From assembly GCF_006345805.1 (NCBI RefSeq), contig NC_043009.1, positions 26,846,001 through 26,910,000 on the forward strand: a stretch of DNA of 64,000 nucleotides, given 5' to 3'. A program made the translations under genes and the position numbers. The DNA is from Octopus sinensis (lineage: Eukaryota). Under the pieces are notes generated by a model. The model did no database searches and had not been told where the DNA came from. It was given only the letters and a program-made list of their open reading frames with translations. Positions 63,401 to 64,000 of this stretch are shown piece by piece (position 1 is the stretch's first letter; each line of letters begins with the position of its first letter).

Positions 63401-64000
63401 GTATATACATATTATTATTAATTAAAAAAATGATAATATAATGGCTATAAAATAACCAAAATGGTAAAATTATTAATTTATGATCACGGTACAGGATAGT
63501 ACACAGCATTGCTAGAAATAGGAGTCAAACAGCTTACCAATATTAGTAAGATGGCTTTTTATATACTCATTTTCTTTGAATTCACCAGTGTGTAGAAGTG
63601 ACTTACTGTAGTTCTTGAGCTGTTTGACTCCTGTTTCTAGCAAACCACTCTATCAATATATTTTTGTTTTATCAAAAACTCAGCTAAAAATTGTTGAGTC
63701 GAATCAGCATGGCCAAGGGGAATTAACTGTGTTGGACTTCTAACATAGTTATGTCTTACTCCAGTCCATTGCAAATGTTTTGTTGTGTATTTTGAAGAAT
63801 TACATTTAATTTCACAATATTTGATTCATGTGTCAGGTATGAGTACCAAATCATTGGCAAATATTTACTAACTCATCCTATGATTGATGTTTTTTACTAG
63901 GAGAGCTTATTTCAGATCATAAAACCTTGAACTAAGTGTTATATCTCACAAAACATTTCAACCTGACAAGCAAATGAGAGACCTTCTTGCACAATTGCTC

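Noticed and set aside
63830-63940. SLC22 exon 7 candidates after tcag and actag
   Set aside because: Both hit stops in the required phase and show no transporter motifs.

Overview
AT-rich, microsatellite-dense eukaryotic DNA whose SINE families and repeat content point to an octopus (inference). Host genes: six exons of an SLC22 organic cation transporter (+, 46776 to beyond the window end) and a probable first coding exon of an unassigned, possibly cell-cycle, gene (-, 11294-11549). Most of the remainder is nested mobile DNA: (i) a Helitron interrupted by a very young non-autonomous LTR element with a tRNA-Trp primer site; (ii) a Mag-type Gypsy with identical LTRs; (iii) a full-length Tx1-clade LINE inserted with a 15-bp TSD into the tRNA-like head of a SINE, itself carrying a mariner and a SINE multimer; (iv) hAT MITEs, a GGATC-ended foldback family with 8-bp TSDs, three short Helitrons, CRE and RTE LINE fragments and three SINE families. 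The least expected signals are four hammerhead-ribozyme-like motifs and repeated insertion of retroelements into SINE heads.
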